DNA from: a virus
IMG/VR virus record: IMGVR_UViG_3300035183_000841
Span: 1 to 64,000 of that record
Strand: one strand, 5' to 3'
DNA: 64,000 bases
Made by a program: the position numbers and the translations under genes. Below are positions 1 to 9,153 of this stretch, one piece after another (position 1 is the stretch's first letter; each line of letters begins with the position of its first letter). The notes under the pieces were generated by a model. It searched no databases, had not been told where the DNA came from, and saw nothing but the letters and a program-made list of their open reading frames with translations.

Positions 1-13
1 AAGGGAGTGAGGG

Positions 14-685
14 ATGACGGAGATCGACTACTGGCGCCAACTCGACCTGATCTCACCGAACGAACTCCGGGATGCTTTCGTGACCATCATCGGGGTCGGC
101 GGCATCGGCTCTCCGACTGCACTGGCCCTTGCGAAGATGGGGGTTCCCGAGATCGAAGTGTGGGATGCCGACACAGTAGAGAACCACAACCTGCCGGTGC
201 AGTTGTATCGTAAGAGTGATATCGGCAGGAAGAAGGTCCATGCCCTCGCCGATGTGTTGGCAGAGTTCACCGGCGCAGTGGTCCATCCGGTGGATAGGAA
301 GTTCACTAGGAACGATTCTTTCTCGAAGAAGGGAATCGTCATCTCTGCAGTCGATTCCATGTCCGCGAGGAAGAACATCTGGTACGCAGTCAAGAAGAAC
401 AAGAACCTGGTGGACACTTACATCGATGCCAGGATGGGCCTAGAAGTGGGATGGGTGCAGGTAGTAAACCCGCTTTCAGCTCAAGATGTAACAAGATATT
501 CTAAGACATTGTACAGTGACGAGGATGCGGTAGATTTGCCTTGTACGGCCCGCGCCGTATGGTACAATGAGGTTTGTATCGCAGCCGTCATAGGGAGGAT
601 AGTGAGAGGGGTGGTAAAACGGCAGCCGGTAGACAGAGAAGTCACTTTTGATCTGAACATGATGATCTTCACCACATCCCAGTGA
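14..685 (+). CDS. ThiF/MoeB/E1-like ubiquitin-activating (adenylating) enzyme
   Basis: RQL..., IIGVGGIGS nucleotide-binding loop, WDADTVENHNLPVQ, DIGRKKV, ISAVDS, IDARMG; single late Cys (LPCTARA); no CxxC Zn pairs. Confidence 0.92.
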   Translation: MTEIDYWRQLDLISPNELRDAFVTIIGVGGIGSPTALALAKMGVPEIEVWDADTVENHNLPVQLYRKSDIGRKKVHALADVLAEFTGAVVHPVDRKFTRNDSFSKKGIVISAVDSMSARKNIWYAVKKNKNLVDTYIDARMGLEVGWVQVVNPLSAQDVTRYSKTLYSDEDAVDLPCTARAVWYNEVCIAAVIGRIVRGVVKRQPVDREVTFDLNMMIFTTSQ

Positions 686-723
686 TAGTCCCTTACGGAT
701 ATTGGGAAAGGAGGTGAAAAGAA

Positions 724-945
724 GTGGTCAAGGTTGCTATCTTCGGCTCTGACGTTCCGGTCAAGGTCGTCGAGGCTGGCGCTCTGAAGTCGGTCCTGGA
801 GCGAGTCTTCGACAACCGCCGTTCCGCCGAGGAGGCCATCGAGGGGTACACGGTGCGACTCAACGGCACCACCGTTGACGACCTCGGGACGTACGTCCCG
901 GAGGAGTCGCTCGTCACCCTCGTGCCTGAGGTGAAGGCGGGCTAA
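724..945 (+). CDS. Ubiquitin-like beta-grasp protein (ThiS/MoaD-like), C-terminus VKAG
   Basis: 73 aa directly after E1 with strong SD (AGGAGGTG); VRLNG...V.EES.VTLVPEVKAG resembles the Ubl C-terminal half. Confidence 0.8.
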   Translation: MVKVAIFGSDVPVKVVEAGALKSVLERVFDNRRSAEEAIEGYTVRLNGTTVDDLGTYVPEESLVTLVPEVKAG

Positions 946-985
946 GGCCGGCACGGACGAAAGTCTGTCGTAACAGTCAGATCTT

Positions 986-1031
986 CCGCCGGGAGGAGTC
1001 GGGTTGGTACCCCTCCCCCTCCTCCCGGCGG
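986..1031 (+). terminator. GC-rich hairpin after Ubl gene
   Basis: CCGCCGGGAGG ... CCTCCCGGCGG inverted repeat. Confidence 0.55.
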
Positions 1032-1082
1032 AACCGACCTCTCACTCAAGTAGTTGGAAGCAATGATGGGAAGGGGGGATTT

Positions 1083-1388
1083 TTGGCAATGAATGAAACT
1101 ACTTTCGATGAAATCATCAAGTCACTCGAGGTCGCCATCACGAATCACGTCGAGGCAATCTTGAGTCTAGCCACCGTCGCAGCTCACAATCCTGCCGTCG
1201 CATCGCGCTGCATGGAACTCGTCGGCGCAGAAGTCATCAGATTCATGGAGCAGATCGGATTCCCTCAGCCGCAACTCGATACGAACTCCATGCGAGGTGC
1301 CATCTTCGCTCTCGAAGCGTTCGCAGGGAAGAACAACAACCACTTCACGCCGGAGACAGAGGACTACCGTCCGGGTATCTATCTCTAA
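1083..1388 (+). CDS. Hypothetical protein
   Basis: ORF with SD-like purine run, co-oriented. Confidence 0.6.
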   Translation: MAMNETTFDEIIKSLEVAITNHVEAILSLATVAAHNPAVASRCMELVGAEVIRFMEQIGFPQPQLDTNSMRGAIFALEAFAGKNNNHFTPETEDYRPGIYL

Positions 1389-1411
1389 GACCGAGGGGGG
1401 TTTTCACTTCG

Positions 1412-1660
1412 ATGCCTAAGGTCATCGATTTCACTCCAGCCCCTCCAGGGGGCAAGGTCGCGAAGAAGCAGTGCCAGCCAGAAATCAACGGCAAACAGTC
1501 GAAGAAGCCCATCAAGACGAGAACTGTCACCATCGATGGAGTGAAGTACAAGGTCATCGTCCTGCCGCCGGAACCGGAAGCCGCGATGATGGACTCTAGG
1601 TTCATCTGGGGCGATGGCCCGAAGAAGAAGCCGACTCTCGCTCTAAATCACAAGATCTAA
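1412..1660 (+). CDS. Hypothetical basic protein
   Basis: ORF in operon context. Confidence 0.6.
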   Translation: MPKVIDFTPAPPGGKVAKKQCQPEINGKQSKKPIKTRTVTIDGVKYKVIVLPPEPEAAMMDSRFIWGDGPKKKPTLALNHKI

Positions 1661-1674
1661 GGAGGTGACTTGAT

Positions 1675-1797
1675 ATGGCCGAGGAGCTTGCACTTGGTTG
1701 CACTAGGAAGGACGGGTGGGGCAATCCAGATACCGGTCCTTGGGACTGCTTCGACCCCGACTGTCCGATGCATGGGGACAAAGAGGAAGAGGAGTGA
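1675..1797 (+). CDS. Small Cys/His peptide (MAEELALGC...DCFDPDCPMH)
   Basis: AAGGAGGTG SD before ATG; not in ORF track. Confidence 0.55.
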   Translation: MAEELALGCTRKDGWGNPDTGPWDCFDPDCPMHGDKEEEE

Positions 1798-1867
1798 GGT
1801 TCCGGTACGCACTAAAATCCGCGTGCCGGAAGAGTCGGAGTCGGAAAGGAGGAGTGGGAAGGTGAGG

Positions 1868-2239
1868 ATGGACCAGTACGTCGGGCTCACAGATAGGGCG
1901 AAGAAGTGGCTCGACGAGAACGCCACACGCCTTGAGTGGGTCAAGACCGTCACTTATTCTGACGGCAGACAGGAGACCTTCCAGGGTTCCGTGATCGAGT
2001 GGGAAGCGTACGGAGTCATCCGTGGGGCTTGGAATGATGAGGTAGCTGCACTCCGTCGGTACACGCTCAAGGACGGAAGTCGCCTCGAGGAGTTCGTCCT
2101 TGCGCAACCGTGGTCGTCTGGACCGATGTATTTCATCGGACTCAGGCCGGCACCGGATTCGCCTGCCAACTCTCTGGCGTCGGTCGCCCCTTGTGACGAG
2201 TTGAACTGGCACGAGTGGGAAATCCAGCGGGAGCTGTGA
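1868..2239 (+). CDS. Hypothetical phage protein (QPWSSGPMYF motif)
   Basis: Start re-called at the SD-preceded ATG. Confidence 0.65.
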   Translation: MDQYVGLTDRAKKWLDENATRLEWVKTVTYSDGRQETFQGSVIEWEAYGVIRGAWNDEVAALRRYTLKDGSRLEEFVLAQPWSSGPMYFIGLRPAPDSPANSLASVAPCDELNWHEWEIQREL

Positions 2240-2431
2240 ATGCTGTATCAAGACCGCATCAACGGAGCAGTCGTATGCGAGGACCATGCCGGTCCAGTGA
2301 GGCATTCGGACTGCTACGATTTCGTGCCGATGACACACACCGAGGAGTCTCTCTGGCGAGAGTTCATCACGTCGATCCACGGCCCGAACGCATCACTGTG
2401 TGAGTGGTGTAGGGCTCGAGTTATGACTTGA
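2240..2431 (+). CDS. Small Zn-finger-like protein
   Basis: CEDH ... CEWC. Confidence 0.6.
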   Translation: MLYQDRINGAVVCEDHAGPVRHSDCYDFVPMTHTEESLWREFITSIHGPNASLCEWCRARVMT

Positions 2432-2448
2432 AAGGAGGTGAAACGGGG

Positions 2449-3384
2449 ATGAGGATTAGGCCGCTTAGTGAGGAGCCGGCGAAGGAGGTGAAGTGGCTTT
2501 GGCGGCCTTACATCCCCTATGGGGCTGTCACTATCTTGGAGGGCGATCCCGGTTCTGGAAAGTCGTGGTTGGTCATGAACATCACTGCTGCCATCACGAA
2601 TGGTCGGGCACTCCCGTACAAGCGTAGGTCATCCCCAAAGGGAGTGATTTACCTTTCGGCGGAAGATGACAGTAGCACTGTCATCAGGCCGAGGCTCGAG
2701 TTGATGGGCGCGAATCTGGATAGGGTCTTCACGATCGACATGACTAAGTCTTCCAGACTGCTCGACATCATGAACAGTGCGATCGAGGATGTTGGAAAAG
2801 TCGGTATGGTAGTCATCGACCCGATCCAGGCTTTCTTCCCATCAATGTATGGCCTGAGTGTGGTCAGGGACACGATGTTTTCTTTGTACACGACTGCATC
2901 AGAGAAGGACATCGCAGTTGTCTGTATCAGGCATTTCACTAAGGGAGGGCGAGGGATGTACCGAGGGCTGGGCTCTATCGACTTGGCGGCGGCAGCTCGG
3001 TCTATCCTCGTGACGGGGACTACTCTGGCCTACCCCGACATCCGAGTGATGGGACATCTGAAGTCCTCGTACGCTGAGGTCGGCAATAGCCTCGGGTACA
3101 TCATCGACAAGCATGGATTCAAGTGGACAGGAGAAGTTGATGTTTCAGCAGCAGATCTGCTCTCAACTAGTCCTACTTCGGAGGTACGTTCGGCGCTTGA
3201 AGAAGCTAAGGAGTTCCTACTCACGATGCTCGAAGACGGCGAAGCACTTGCGAAGGACGTTCGGCGGGAAGCATCCGAACTCGGGATTTCATCGGGGACG
3301 CTCATGCGGGCTCGACGACATCTCGGAGTGAAGGCGAAGAAGGTCGGCGGGAGAGGAGGTTACTGGGTACTCACTATGCGGTAG
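2449..3384 (+). CDS. RecA/RepA-family (AAA_25-like) P-loop ATPase/helicase with C-terminal HTH-like region
   Basis: WLWRPYIP, Walker A GDPGSGKS, YLSAED, Walker B VVIDP, RHFTK, GLGS. Confidence 0.85.
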   Translation: MRIRPLSEEPAKEVKWLWRPYIPYGAVTILEGDPGSGKSWLVMNITAAITNGRALPYKRRSSPKGVIYLSAEDDSSTVIRPRLELMGANLDRVFTIDMTKSSRLLDIMNSAIEDVGKVGMVVIDPIQAFFPSMYGLSVVRDTMFSLYTTASEKDIAVVCIRHFTKGGRGMYRGLGSIDLAAAARSILVTGTTLAYPDIRVMGHLKSSYAEVGNSLGYIIDKHGFKWTGEVDVSAADLLSTSPTSEVRSALEEAKEFLLTMLEDGEALAKDVRREASELGISSGTLMRARRHLGVKAKKVGGRGGYWVLTMR

Positions 3385-3488
3385 AGACTCAGGGTTGCTC
3401 TCTTGTGAAGAATCCAAGAATCCACGATTTGTATGGATTCTTCAAACCGATAAGTACCTATTCTAACAACTGAAAGGAGGACTTAGAT

Positions 3489-4241
3489 ATGACGCACTTC
3501 CCTGTTGCGGTGATCCTGCCGAAGGACGCGGACCAGGAGTTCGCTGATGACATCGTTCACAAGCTCATGATGCCATACGATGAGGAACTCCAAGTGCCTC
3601 CCTACAAGAGGCGGTGCTGGTGCGTAGAGTCGAAGGCATACGCTGCCCTTGAGGCGAAGGAGGATGAGTTCGACGCCAAGATCAAGGAACTCAGGAAGTC
3701 ATTCGAGCCCATCGAGGAGAGCATCAGGGCGAAGTATCCGAACGCTCCGAAGGAGTTCGATCCATTCGACCCATACCTGAGTGAAGATCAGGAGCGTGAA
3801 TACTTCATCATGTCGGACGAGTTGGACTTCGCATGGACCCAGCATATCAAGGAGTTCACTGAGTACCGCGAGGCCGAGAAGGCGAGGCTCGAGAACGAGG
3901 TCGAGCCGGATCAGGACTGCGAAGAGTGCGGAGGTACCGGATTGCAGGTGACGACGTACAATCCCAGATCGAAGTGGGATTGGTACGAGGTCGGGGGTAG
4001 GTGGCACGGCGACTTCGATCCGACTGACCAGCAGCGGGACGTGCTCCTGGTCGAGGAGATGGTCCCAAGGCCGCCTTACGCCTACATCACTCCGGATGGG
4101 GAATGGCATGAGCGCGGACTCGTCGGGTGGTTCGGAGTTTTCTCGAACGAGAAGTCGCTCGGTGATTGGTCGAATGAGTGGAGGGAGGTGAGAGAGCGAT
4201 TCAGTGGACATTACTGTGTTATCGTAGATGCCCATATCTAG
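3489..4241 (+). CDS. Conserved phage hypothetical protein
   Basis: MTHFPVAV start, CxxC, NPRSKWDWYEVGGRW, TPDGEWHE, ends VDAHI; strong SD. Confidence 0.75.
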   Translation: MTHFPVAVILPKDADQEFADDIVHKLMMPYDEELQVPPYKRRCWCVESKAYAALEAKEDEFDAKIKELRKSFEPIEESIRAKYPNAPKEFDPFDPYLSEDQEREYFIMSDELDFAWTQHIKEFTEYREAEKARLENEVEPDQDCEECGGTGLQVTTYNPRSKWDWYEVGGRWHGDFDPTDQQRDVLLVEEMVPRPPYAYITPDGEWHERGLVGWFGVFSNEKSLGDWSNEWREVRERFSGHYCVIVDAHI

Positions 4242-4318
4242 AGTAATTGTCTAGTGTAAGTAATGCTGGTAGAATCGCTTTACTGCTAGAAGGTCTGGCA
4301 GGAGAAAGGAGGGAATAA

Positions 4319-4738
4319 GTGCCTAAGGTGCCACAGGAGGGAGCGGTCACTCCTCCGAAGCGTCGTGGCGGCAGGGTTAGTATCCGCCAGCAGGAAGTGC
4401 TTGAGGCACTCGAGATGCTCAAGAAGGGGGAGGGCAGTCTCGTCGAGAGCGAGGATGGAGTCAAGTACCTGTGCATCGCGCTTGATCCGTCGAAGGTGGA
4501 GACGGTCGCTCAGGCGAAGTCAGCCCTCTACAACCTGCGTTGGAAGTTGAACCCGAAGAACCCTAAGACGGCAGGGGATGCCGAACTCTACGAGTATTTC
4601 TTCTCCAAGGAGTTCGGGCGTGGAGCAGTGAAGGTGGAGGAGCAGAGCGGGGAGATCCTCCTGTTCGTTCCACTGTCGTTCGCCGCGCAGACCATCACTG
4701 CAAAGAAGAAGAAGGAGAAGGAGCCGGCAACGGCCTAG
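4319..4738 (+). CDS. Hypothetical basic protein
   Basis: SD AAAGGAGG; followed by hairpin. Confidence 0.7.
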   Translation: MPKVPQEGAVTPPKRRGGRVSIRQQEVLEALEMLKKGEGSLVESEDGVKYLCIALDPSKVETVAQAKSALYNLRWKLNPKNPKTAGDAELYEYFFSKEFGRGAVKVEEQSGEILLFVPLSFAAQTITAKKKKEKEPATA

Positions 4739-4755
4739 TGGCATGATCCCGGTAC

Positions 4756-4808
4756 GGGGTAGGGGGGAGTGTATACCCCAGGGGGGTATCCCGGATACCC
4801 CCTACCCC
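4756..4808 (+). terminator. Hairpin after 4319-4738
   Basis: GGGGTAGGGG ... CCCCTACCCC inverted repeat. Confidence 0.45.
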
Positions 4809-4833
4809 TACCGCCAAGTGGGGAGGGGGTGCA

Positions 4834-5019
4834 GTGTACGAGATGGGTAGGTTCTTAGTGACCGAGAGGTCGGGACGACTGTTCGGCGGGGAGAAGCGGT
4901 TCGGTTACATCTGCAAGCACTGCGGAGCGTTGCGGACCGATGTAGCCATGTCACTACGCGATCTGGACAAGGAATACGAGAAGCACGAGTGCGACAAGGA
5001 GGAGGGCGCAGATGAGTGA
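4834..5019 (+). CDS. Small Zn-finger protein
   Basis: CKHC ... HEC. Confidence 0.55.
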   Translation: MYEMGRFLVTERSGRLFGGEKRFGYICKHCGALRTDVAMSLRDLDKEYEKHECDKEEGADE

Positions 5020-5266
5020 GATGGACAGATTCATCACTGCTATCCTTCACGAGATCGCCGAGACGAGCAGTGAGGACACCCCAAGCGGGCGCAGCATCAA
5101 GGCTTTCGACCTAGCAGTGTCGAAGGATGAGGAGGCGCTCGACCTGTGGAGGCAGGAACTCAGGTCGGCTGCCGCTCAGGCGGCGCGTCGGTGGACGAAT
5201 CGTAGTCGCTATCGCGCCTACAAGGAGCAGAGGGACCGAGCTCGACTTGAGGGGGAGAGACAGTGA
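5012..5266 (+). CDS. Hypothetical protein
   Basis: Overlapping start/stop, SD. Confidence 0.6.
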   Translation: MSEMDRFITAILHEIAETSSEDTPSGRSIKAFDLAVSKDEEALDLWRQELRSAAAQAARRWTNRSRYRAYKEQRDRARLEGERQ

Positions 5267-5469
5267 AGTCTTATGATGTCCTCGGCTATACCTTCCCAGG
5301 GTATGCCGTATGCCTCGACTGTCATCTCAAGGTGGAGCATGAGTGCGGCGTTGAAGATTCTTGCTACCCCATCTTCGCCGACTCAGAGTGGGATTACATC
5401 CCCGCTTGTGACATCTGCGGGGAAGCCATAGAGGGAGTGAGAATCACGGAGGAGTTTCGCTCGCTCTAA
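5263..5469 (+). CDS. Small Zn-finger protein
   Basis: CLDC ... PIFADSEWD ... CDIC. Confidence 0.65.
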   Translation: MKSYDVLGYTFPGYAVCLDCHLKVEHECGVEDSCYPIFADSEWDYIPACDICGEAIEGVRITEEFRSL

Positions 5470-5526
5470 AAGAGCGGCGAGAAGAGAGTCGGAATCTGAA
5501 GCGGAAAAGTGACTAGAGGAGGTTAG

Positions 5527-5793
5527 GTGCTACTCCCGATCGACAACTACGATACAATGGTAAACACCCACGAAGTGGCGGCTTGCGGTTTGGCGTACGA
5601 CAAGGACATCCCTAAGGAGGCCCAGAAGCAGGCTGCGGAGAACTTAGAGCCGTTCAAGCGCTGGTACATCTGGGTCACTCTGAAGAGTGGCCACAACATC
5701 ACTGGAATGAGTCTCGGTTATGGACCAGGAGCGAAGAAGTTGGGGAAGGAGATGCTACACAGCCTCGCCAACGCTATCGCAGGAGGTGACTAG
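5527..5793 (+). CDS. Hypothetical protein
   Basis: SD AGGAGG. Confidence 0.6.
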   Translation: MLLPIDNYDTMVNTHEVAACGLAYDKDIPKEAQKQAAENLEPFKRWYIWVTLKSGHNITGMSLGYGPGAKKLGKEMLHSLANAIAGGD

Positions 5794-5865
5794 AGATGGC
5801 ATCACCAGGAGACCGAGCACTCTTGCGCGAAGCGTGCGATAAGTCTCCATGGACGGTGAGGTGAG

Positions 5866-6042
5866 ATGTTCTTCAAGCGCCACTATGAGTTCATCGCAGA
5901 GGTTCTGAGTCGTATCCAGCCGCCTTCGGTGAGGCTTCAGGTGGCATCGGAGTTCGCGAAGGCGTTCAAGGAAGACAACCGTAACTTCGATACGGCAAAG
6001 TTCATCGCCGCAGTTAGGCGGCAGAGGGGAGGCGACAGGTGA
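5866..6042 (+). CDS. Small phage protein (KRHYEFIA...DNRNFDTAKFIAA)
   Basis: SD GAGGTG; not in ORF track. Confidence 0.65.
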   Translation: MFFKRHYEFIAEVLSRIQPPSVRLQVASEFAKAFKEDNRNFDTAKFIAAVRRQRGGDR

Positions 6043-6320
6043 AGTTCATCAAGATCGAGAACAAGGTTTACGGACTGTTGCCGGTCGAGATGTTGTTCCG
6101 AGCAACTGATATCATCAGTAGGAACGAGGAAGTGGCCGCGAAGGACGAGATGGGCCAGTCCGATTGGTCGGATTGGGAGGAACTCGACACGGCCTACTCC
6201 GAGTTCGTCCACGACCTCGTTGACCACTTCTTCTCCGACGGGACAGACACCATCGCCAAGATCGAGTCGATCGCTGGAAGTTGGGATCCGGGAGTTGACA
6301 TCGATGTTTCTGACATCTGA
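6039..6320 (+). CDS. Hypothetical acidic protein
   Basis: GTGA overlap with upstream gene. Confidence 0.6.
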   Translation: MKFIKIENKVYGLLPVEMLFRATDIISRNEEVAAKDEMGQSDWSDWEELDTAYSEFVHDLVDHFFSDGTDTIAKIESIAGSWDPGVDIDVSDI

Positions 6321-6399
6321 GTTATCTGGTACAATCATCTTGAGCATCGCATTCTTAGTGTATCTGTTGATCGATAAATGGCTAGATAGGAGGAGTTAG

Positions 6400-6519
6400 A
6401 TGTTATTCGGAGTTCAGACTGAGATCCTTATCGCGGCAGGCGCACTCGCGCTCATGATCCTCTACATCCTTGCCGGGGAGTTCAGGTTCTGGCGGCAGAA
6501 GCGGAACTTCTGGAGGTGA
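6400..6519 (+). CDS. Small single-pass membrane peptide
   Basis: SD AGGAGG; hydrophobic stretch ILIAAGALALMILYILAG then basic tail. Confidence 0.6.
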   Translation: MLFGVQTEILIAAGALALMILYILAGEFRFWRQKRNFWR

Positions 6520-6521
6520 AG

Positions 6522-6662
6522 ATGGGAAAGCCACTGAAGAAGGCACAGGAACGACTCGAGCGGAGGATCCACGGCGGAGACGGAACCCATCGCGCTGGTA
6601 AGTGCGGGTGCGACTTGTGGTTGAAGAAGGGATACCGCAAGCCGGGCTCGATGAAGAAGTGA
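6522..6662 (+). CDS. 46-aa basic His/Cys peptide, paralog 1
   Basis: HGGDGTHR..CGC..W.KKGYRKPGSMKK; paralog at 13276. Confidence 0.75.
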   Translation: MGKPLKKAQERLERRIHGGDGTHRAGKCGCDLWLKKGYRKPGSMKK

Positions 6663-6776
6663 CTAAATCCTGGGACTAAAATTCGGCCCCGTATAAGGTC
6701 CGACTCCGAAAAGGTAGTTAAAGTCCACTAGACTCTCTCGGGGGGGGCAGAGTCGGCACTCTGCCGGCGGGCACTC

Positions 6777-6792
6777 TCGAACAGGTGTTCGG
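6777..6792 (+). promoter_or_regulatory. LexA/SOS-type box
   Basis: TCGAAC-AGGT-GTTCGG vs actinobacterial consensus TCGAAC-N4-GTTCGA. Confidence 0.65.
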
Positions 6793-6810
6793 ATGAGTGG
6801 GGAAATAGTA

Positions 6811-6840
6811 TTGTCAACTCTGATCCCGAGATGGTATCAT
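6811..6840 (+). promoter_or_regulatory. SigA-type promoter
   Basis: TTGTCA-N18-TATCAT with TG extension. Confidence 0.7.
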
Positions 6841-7215
6841 ATGTGTAGGATCGACAGAGAGTTCGATCCTAGAGTGAACCTTGAAAGTTGCATAGAGGGG
6901 GAGGCGACTCCGGAGTCGGGACCGAGATGGCCCGAGGAGTCGCCTGGCTAACAGGCCAACGGAGATCCACTCATGCCATGGGGGCACGGAGTGCGAAACG
7001 GGGACCGGACACTCTCCCGGTTCCACTCACCTCGTATCCACTCCTCGGCGGTCGAGCGGAAGTGACAAGGGGAAGAGTCCGCCACCGTCGCCCATCGGAC
7101 CTCTGAGTCGATCCCCTCGACGAGAGTCGAGACGACACCGCAGCCTGGCCGAGCCCCGAAGAAGTCCTCACTAAAGACTCCGAGTGAGCAAACACGGAGT
7201 CGGAAGGAGTCGGGG

Positions 7216-7848
7216 ATGGACATGACGTTCGTCTGTCAGAAAGCACTCCACCAGGAGTGCTCCGGGAACATCCTGGAGCGGACCCGACGTGGAGTGCGCA
7301 GGCACCGGTGCGAGTGCCGGTGCCACGACGGAGTCGCCGGCGCCGGAGTGGCCAAGCCCAAGCGGGCCACCGCTCCGAAGGGCGAGCGGTGCGCACTCTG
7401 CGGCGCCGTCGGCGACCTCGTGAAGTCGGTCGGCGAAGAGTGGATCTGCGCCGACCGATGCAGCGGCAGCGTGGCATTCACTCAGCGGACCAAGAAGTGC
7501 CCTGAGTGCAACGGGGTGATGTGGCGACTCACCCCGCCAGAGGAGGAGGACGAGGACGAGGGAGTGTGGGTCTGCTCCAGCCGAGCCCACACTCCGATCC
7601 CGGAAAAGAGTCGGCTGACCATCCGCAACGGGGTCATCCGGCTCACTTTCCCCGACGGGAGAGTCTACGAGCAGACCGTCGGGAAGACCAGGAAGAGTCG
7701 CAAGAAGAAGAAGCCGGCGAAGCGGGTCCACACTCACAAATGGGTGTTCGACCCGGAAGAGTCGGTCATGCGCTGCGCTTCCTGCCGGAAGCGTGGCGAG
7801 AAGAAGCAACTCCGCCGGGCGCCGCGACGCCGGCGGCAGACACTCTGA
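7216..7848 (+). CDS. Basic multi-Zn-finger protein
   Basis: C..H..C...CECRCH, CALC...C..C, CPEC, H..W...CASC; SD GGAAGGAG. Confidence 0.7.
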   Translation: MDMTFVCQKALHQECSGNILERTRRGVRRHRCECRCHDGVAGAGVAKPKRATAPKGERCALCGAVGDLVKSVGEEWICADRCSGSVAFTQRTKKCPECNGVMWRLTPPEEEDEDEGVWVCSSRAHTPIPEKSRLTIRNGVIRLTFPDGRVYEQTVGKTRKSRKKKKPAKRVHTHKWVFDPEESVMRCASCRKRGEKKQLRRAPRRRRQTL

Positions 7849-7917
7849 CTCTACTAAAGATCAGAGTGGAAAAAGGGCCGAGTCGGCAAGGGAGTGAGAG
7901 TGAGGACAGGAGGGACC

Positions 7918-8190
7918 ATGCAGACGTTCGACGAACTCTACGAGCAAGCCTACAACATCGCAGTCATCGGCGCGTCGAACCCGATCGGCGTTGCCGGCAC
8001 TCTGCACGAAGCCATGTTGTTCCTGAGTCGGAAGGGGTTCGACCACTCCGACATCAGGAACTCAACACCCATCCGGGCCATCGCGGCCCAATTGAACTTC
8101 CTCCTCGGGCAGGGACTCGGTCCCGAGGAGTCGGATCTCGGGCTCCTCATGACGTGGCGAGAGGAGCTCAGTCGGAAGGCGGAGGAGTAA
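7918..8190 (+). CDS. Hypothetical helical protein
   Basis: SD AGGAGG before MQTFD. Confidence 0.65.
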   Translation: MQTFDELYEQAYNIAVIGASNPIGVAGTLHEAMLFLSRKGFDHSDIRNSTPIRAIAAQLNFLLGQGLGPEESDLGLLMTWREELSRKAEE

Positions 8191-8207
8191 GGAAGGAGGG
8201 AGTCACG

Positions 8208-8462
8208 ATGGCCTGGAAGACACTCAAGACCATCTCTGCCATCCGTCAGGGGGAGTCGGGGGGGTTCCTCCCTGGGGGGGACTCTATCAACATCTCACTC
8301 GTCGAGGTGCGAGGCAAGCGACTCATCGACGTGCGAGTGTTCGGAGGGAGGGGCTACAATGGCCCCACCAAGGCCGGCTTCGCACTCGACGAGGCGTCAC
8401 TCAGCGCCCTCATCACGGCACTCACCGCCGCGAAGAAGGCGCTGAAGGACAAGAAGAAGTAG
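8208..8462 (+). CDS. PC4/YdbC-like ssDNA-binding protein
   Basis: ISLVEVRGKRLIDVRVF....PTKAGFAL matches the PC4 pattern; SD AAGGAGG. Confidence 0.75.
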   Translation: MAWKTLKTISAIRQGESGGFLPGGDSINISLVEVRGKRLIDVRVFGGRGYNGPTKAGFALDEASLSALITALTAAKKALKDKKK

Positions 8463-8473
8463 AATCCACTCTT

Positions 8474-8547
8474 GAGTGGGGTGAGGCGCTGTGGGGGTGG
8501 AGTCACCTTAGGCGCCGGGACCACGTATCCACGGCCTCACCCCACTC
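8474..8547 (+). terminator. Long stem-loop
   Basis: GAGTGGGGTGAGGC ... GCCTCACCCCACTC, 14-bp stem. Confidence 0.5.
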
Positions 8548-8602
8548 TCAACCCCCGCTAAAGATGGCGGGGCAAGAGAGTCGGACTCGGGAAGGAGTGA
8601 GA

Positions 8603-8758
8603 GTGAAGGTCTTCTGGTGGGTGCTTGAGGGCCCTAACGGGGAGTTGCTCCCCGGCAAGGAGGGCGGGCTGCTGGACTCCTTCGGCACGCGGGTGGCGGG
8701 GCCGTACCCGACTCTCCGCGAGGCCAAGGCGGCAATCAACTCGATCCTGAACCGCTGA
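8603..8758 (+). CDS. Small hypothetical protein (GPYPTLREAK)
   Basis: SD GGAAGGAG before GTG. Confidence 0.6.
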   Translation: MKVFWWVLEGPNGELLPGKEGGLLDSFGTRVAGPYPTLREAKAAINSILNR

Positions 8759-8769
8759 AGGGAAGCGAG

Positions 8770-8958
8770 ATGAATTGCTCACTCTGCGGGCAGATGATGT
8801 GGGACAACTCCATGTGCCCGCGTTGCGACTTCGCGCCGGAGCCGGAGTCCCCTCAGAGGTCGCCGTACTGCTCACTCTGTGGGGCTCTGATGGACGGAGC
8901 AGGAGAGTTCCTGTTCTGTCCGAACTGCGACCCTGAGTATGTGAAGGGAGGTGACTAG
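8770..8958 (+). CDS. Double Zn-ribbon protein
   Basis: CSLC..CPRC / CSLC..CPNC internal duplication. Confidence 0.7.
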   Translation: MNCSLCGQMMWDNSMCPRCDFAPEPESPQRSPYCSLCGALMDGAGEFLFCPNCDPEYVKGGD

Positions 8959-9108
8959 ATGACCACCATCGGGTGGCCACTCCGGGAAGTCGAGATCCCG
9001 GATGAGTTCCAATTCGACCTGCCGGTCCTCGAGCCCGTCGAGGAGCCGGCGACTCTGCCGGTGGAGGAGCCGGCGACTCTGCCGGTCGAGGAGCCGGCAC
9101 TCGTCTAG
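8959..9108 (+). CDS. 49-aa acidic Pro-rich peptide with (LPVEEPAT) repeats
   Basis: SD GGAGGTG; 24-bp tandem repeat; not in ORF track. Confidence 0.7.
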   Translation: MTTIGWPLREVEIPDEFQFDLPVLEPVEEPATLPVEEPATLPVEEPALV

Positions 9109-9153
9109 GTTCACTCTCCCTTCGGGGAAACACGATTCAGAAAGGAGTCGGAA

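Noticed and set aside
7506-8462. 318-aa ORF in the track
   Set aside because: Overlaps two better-supported genes in other frames; only the SD-backed PC4-like part (8208-8462) looks real
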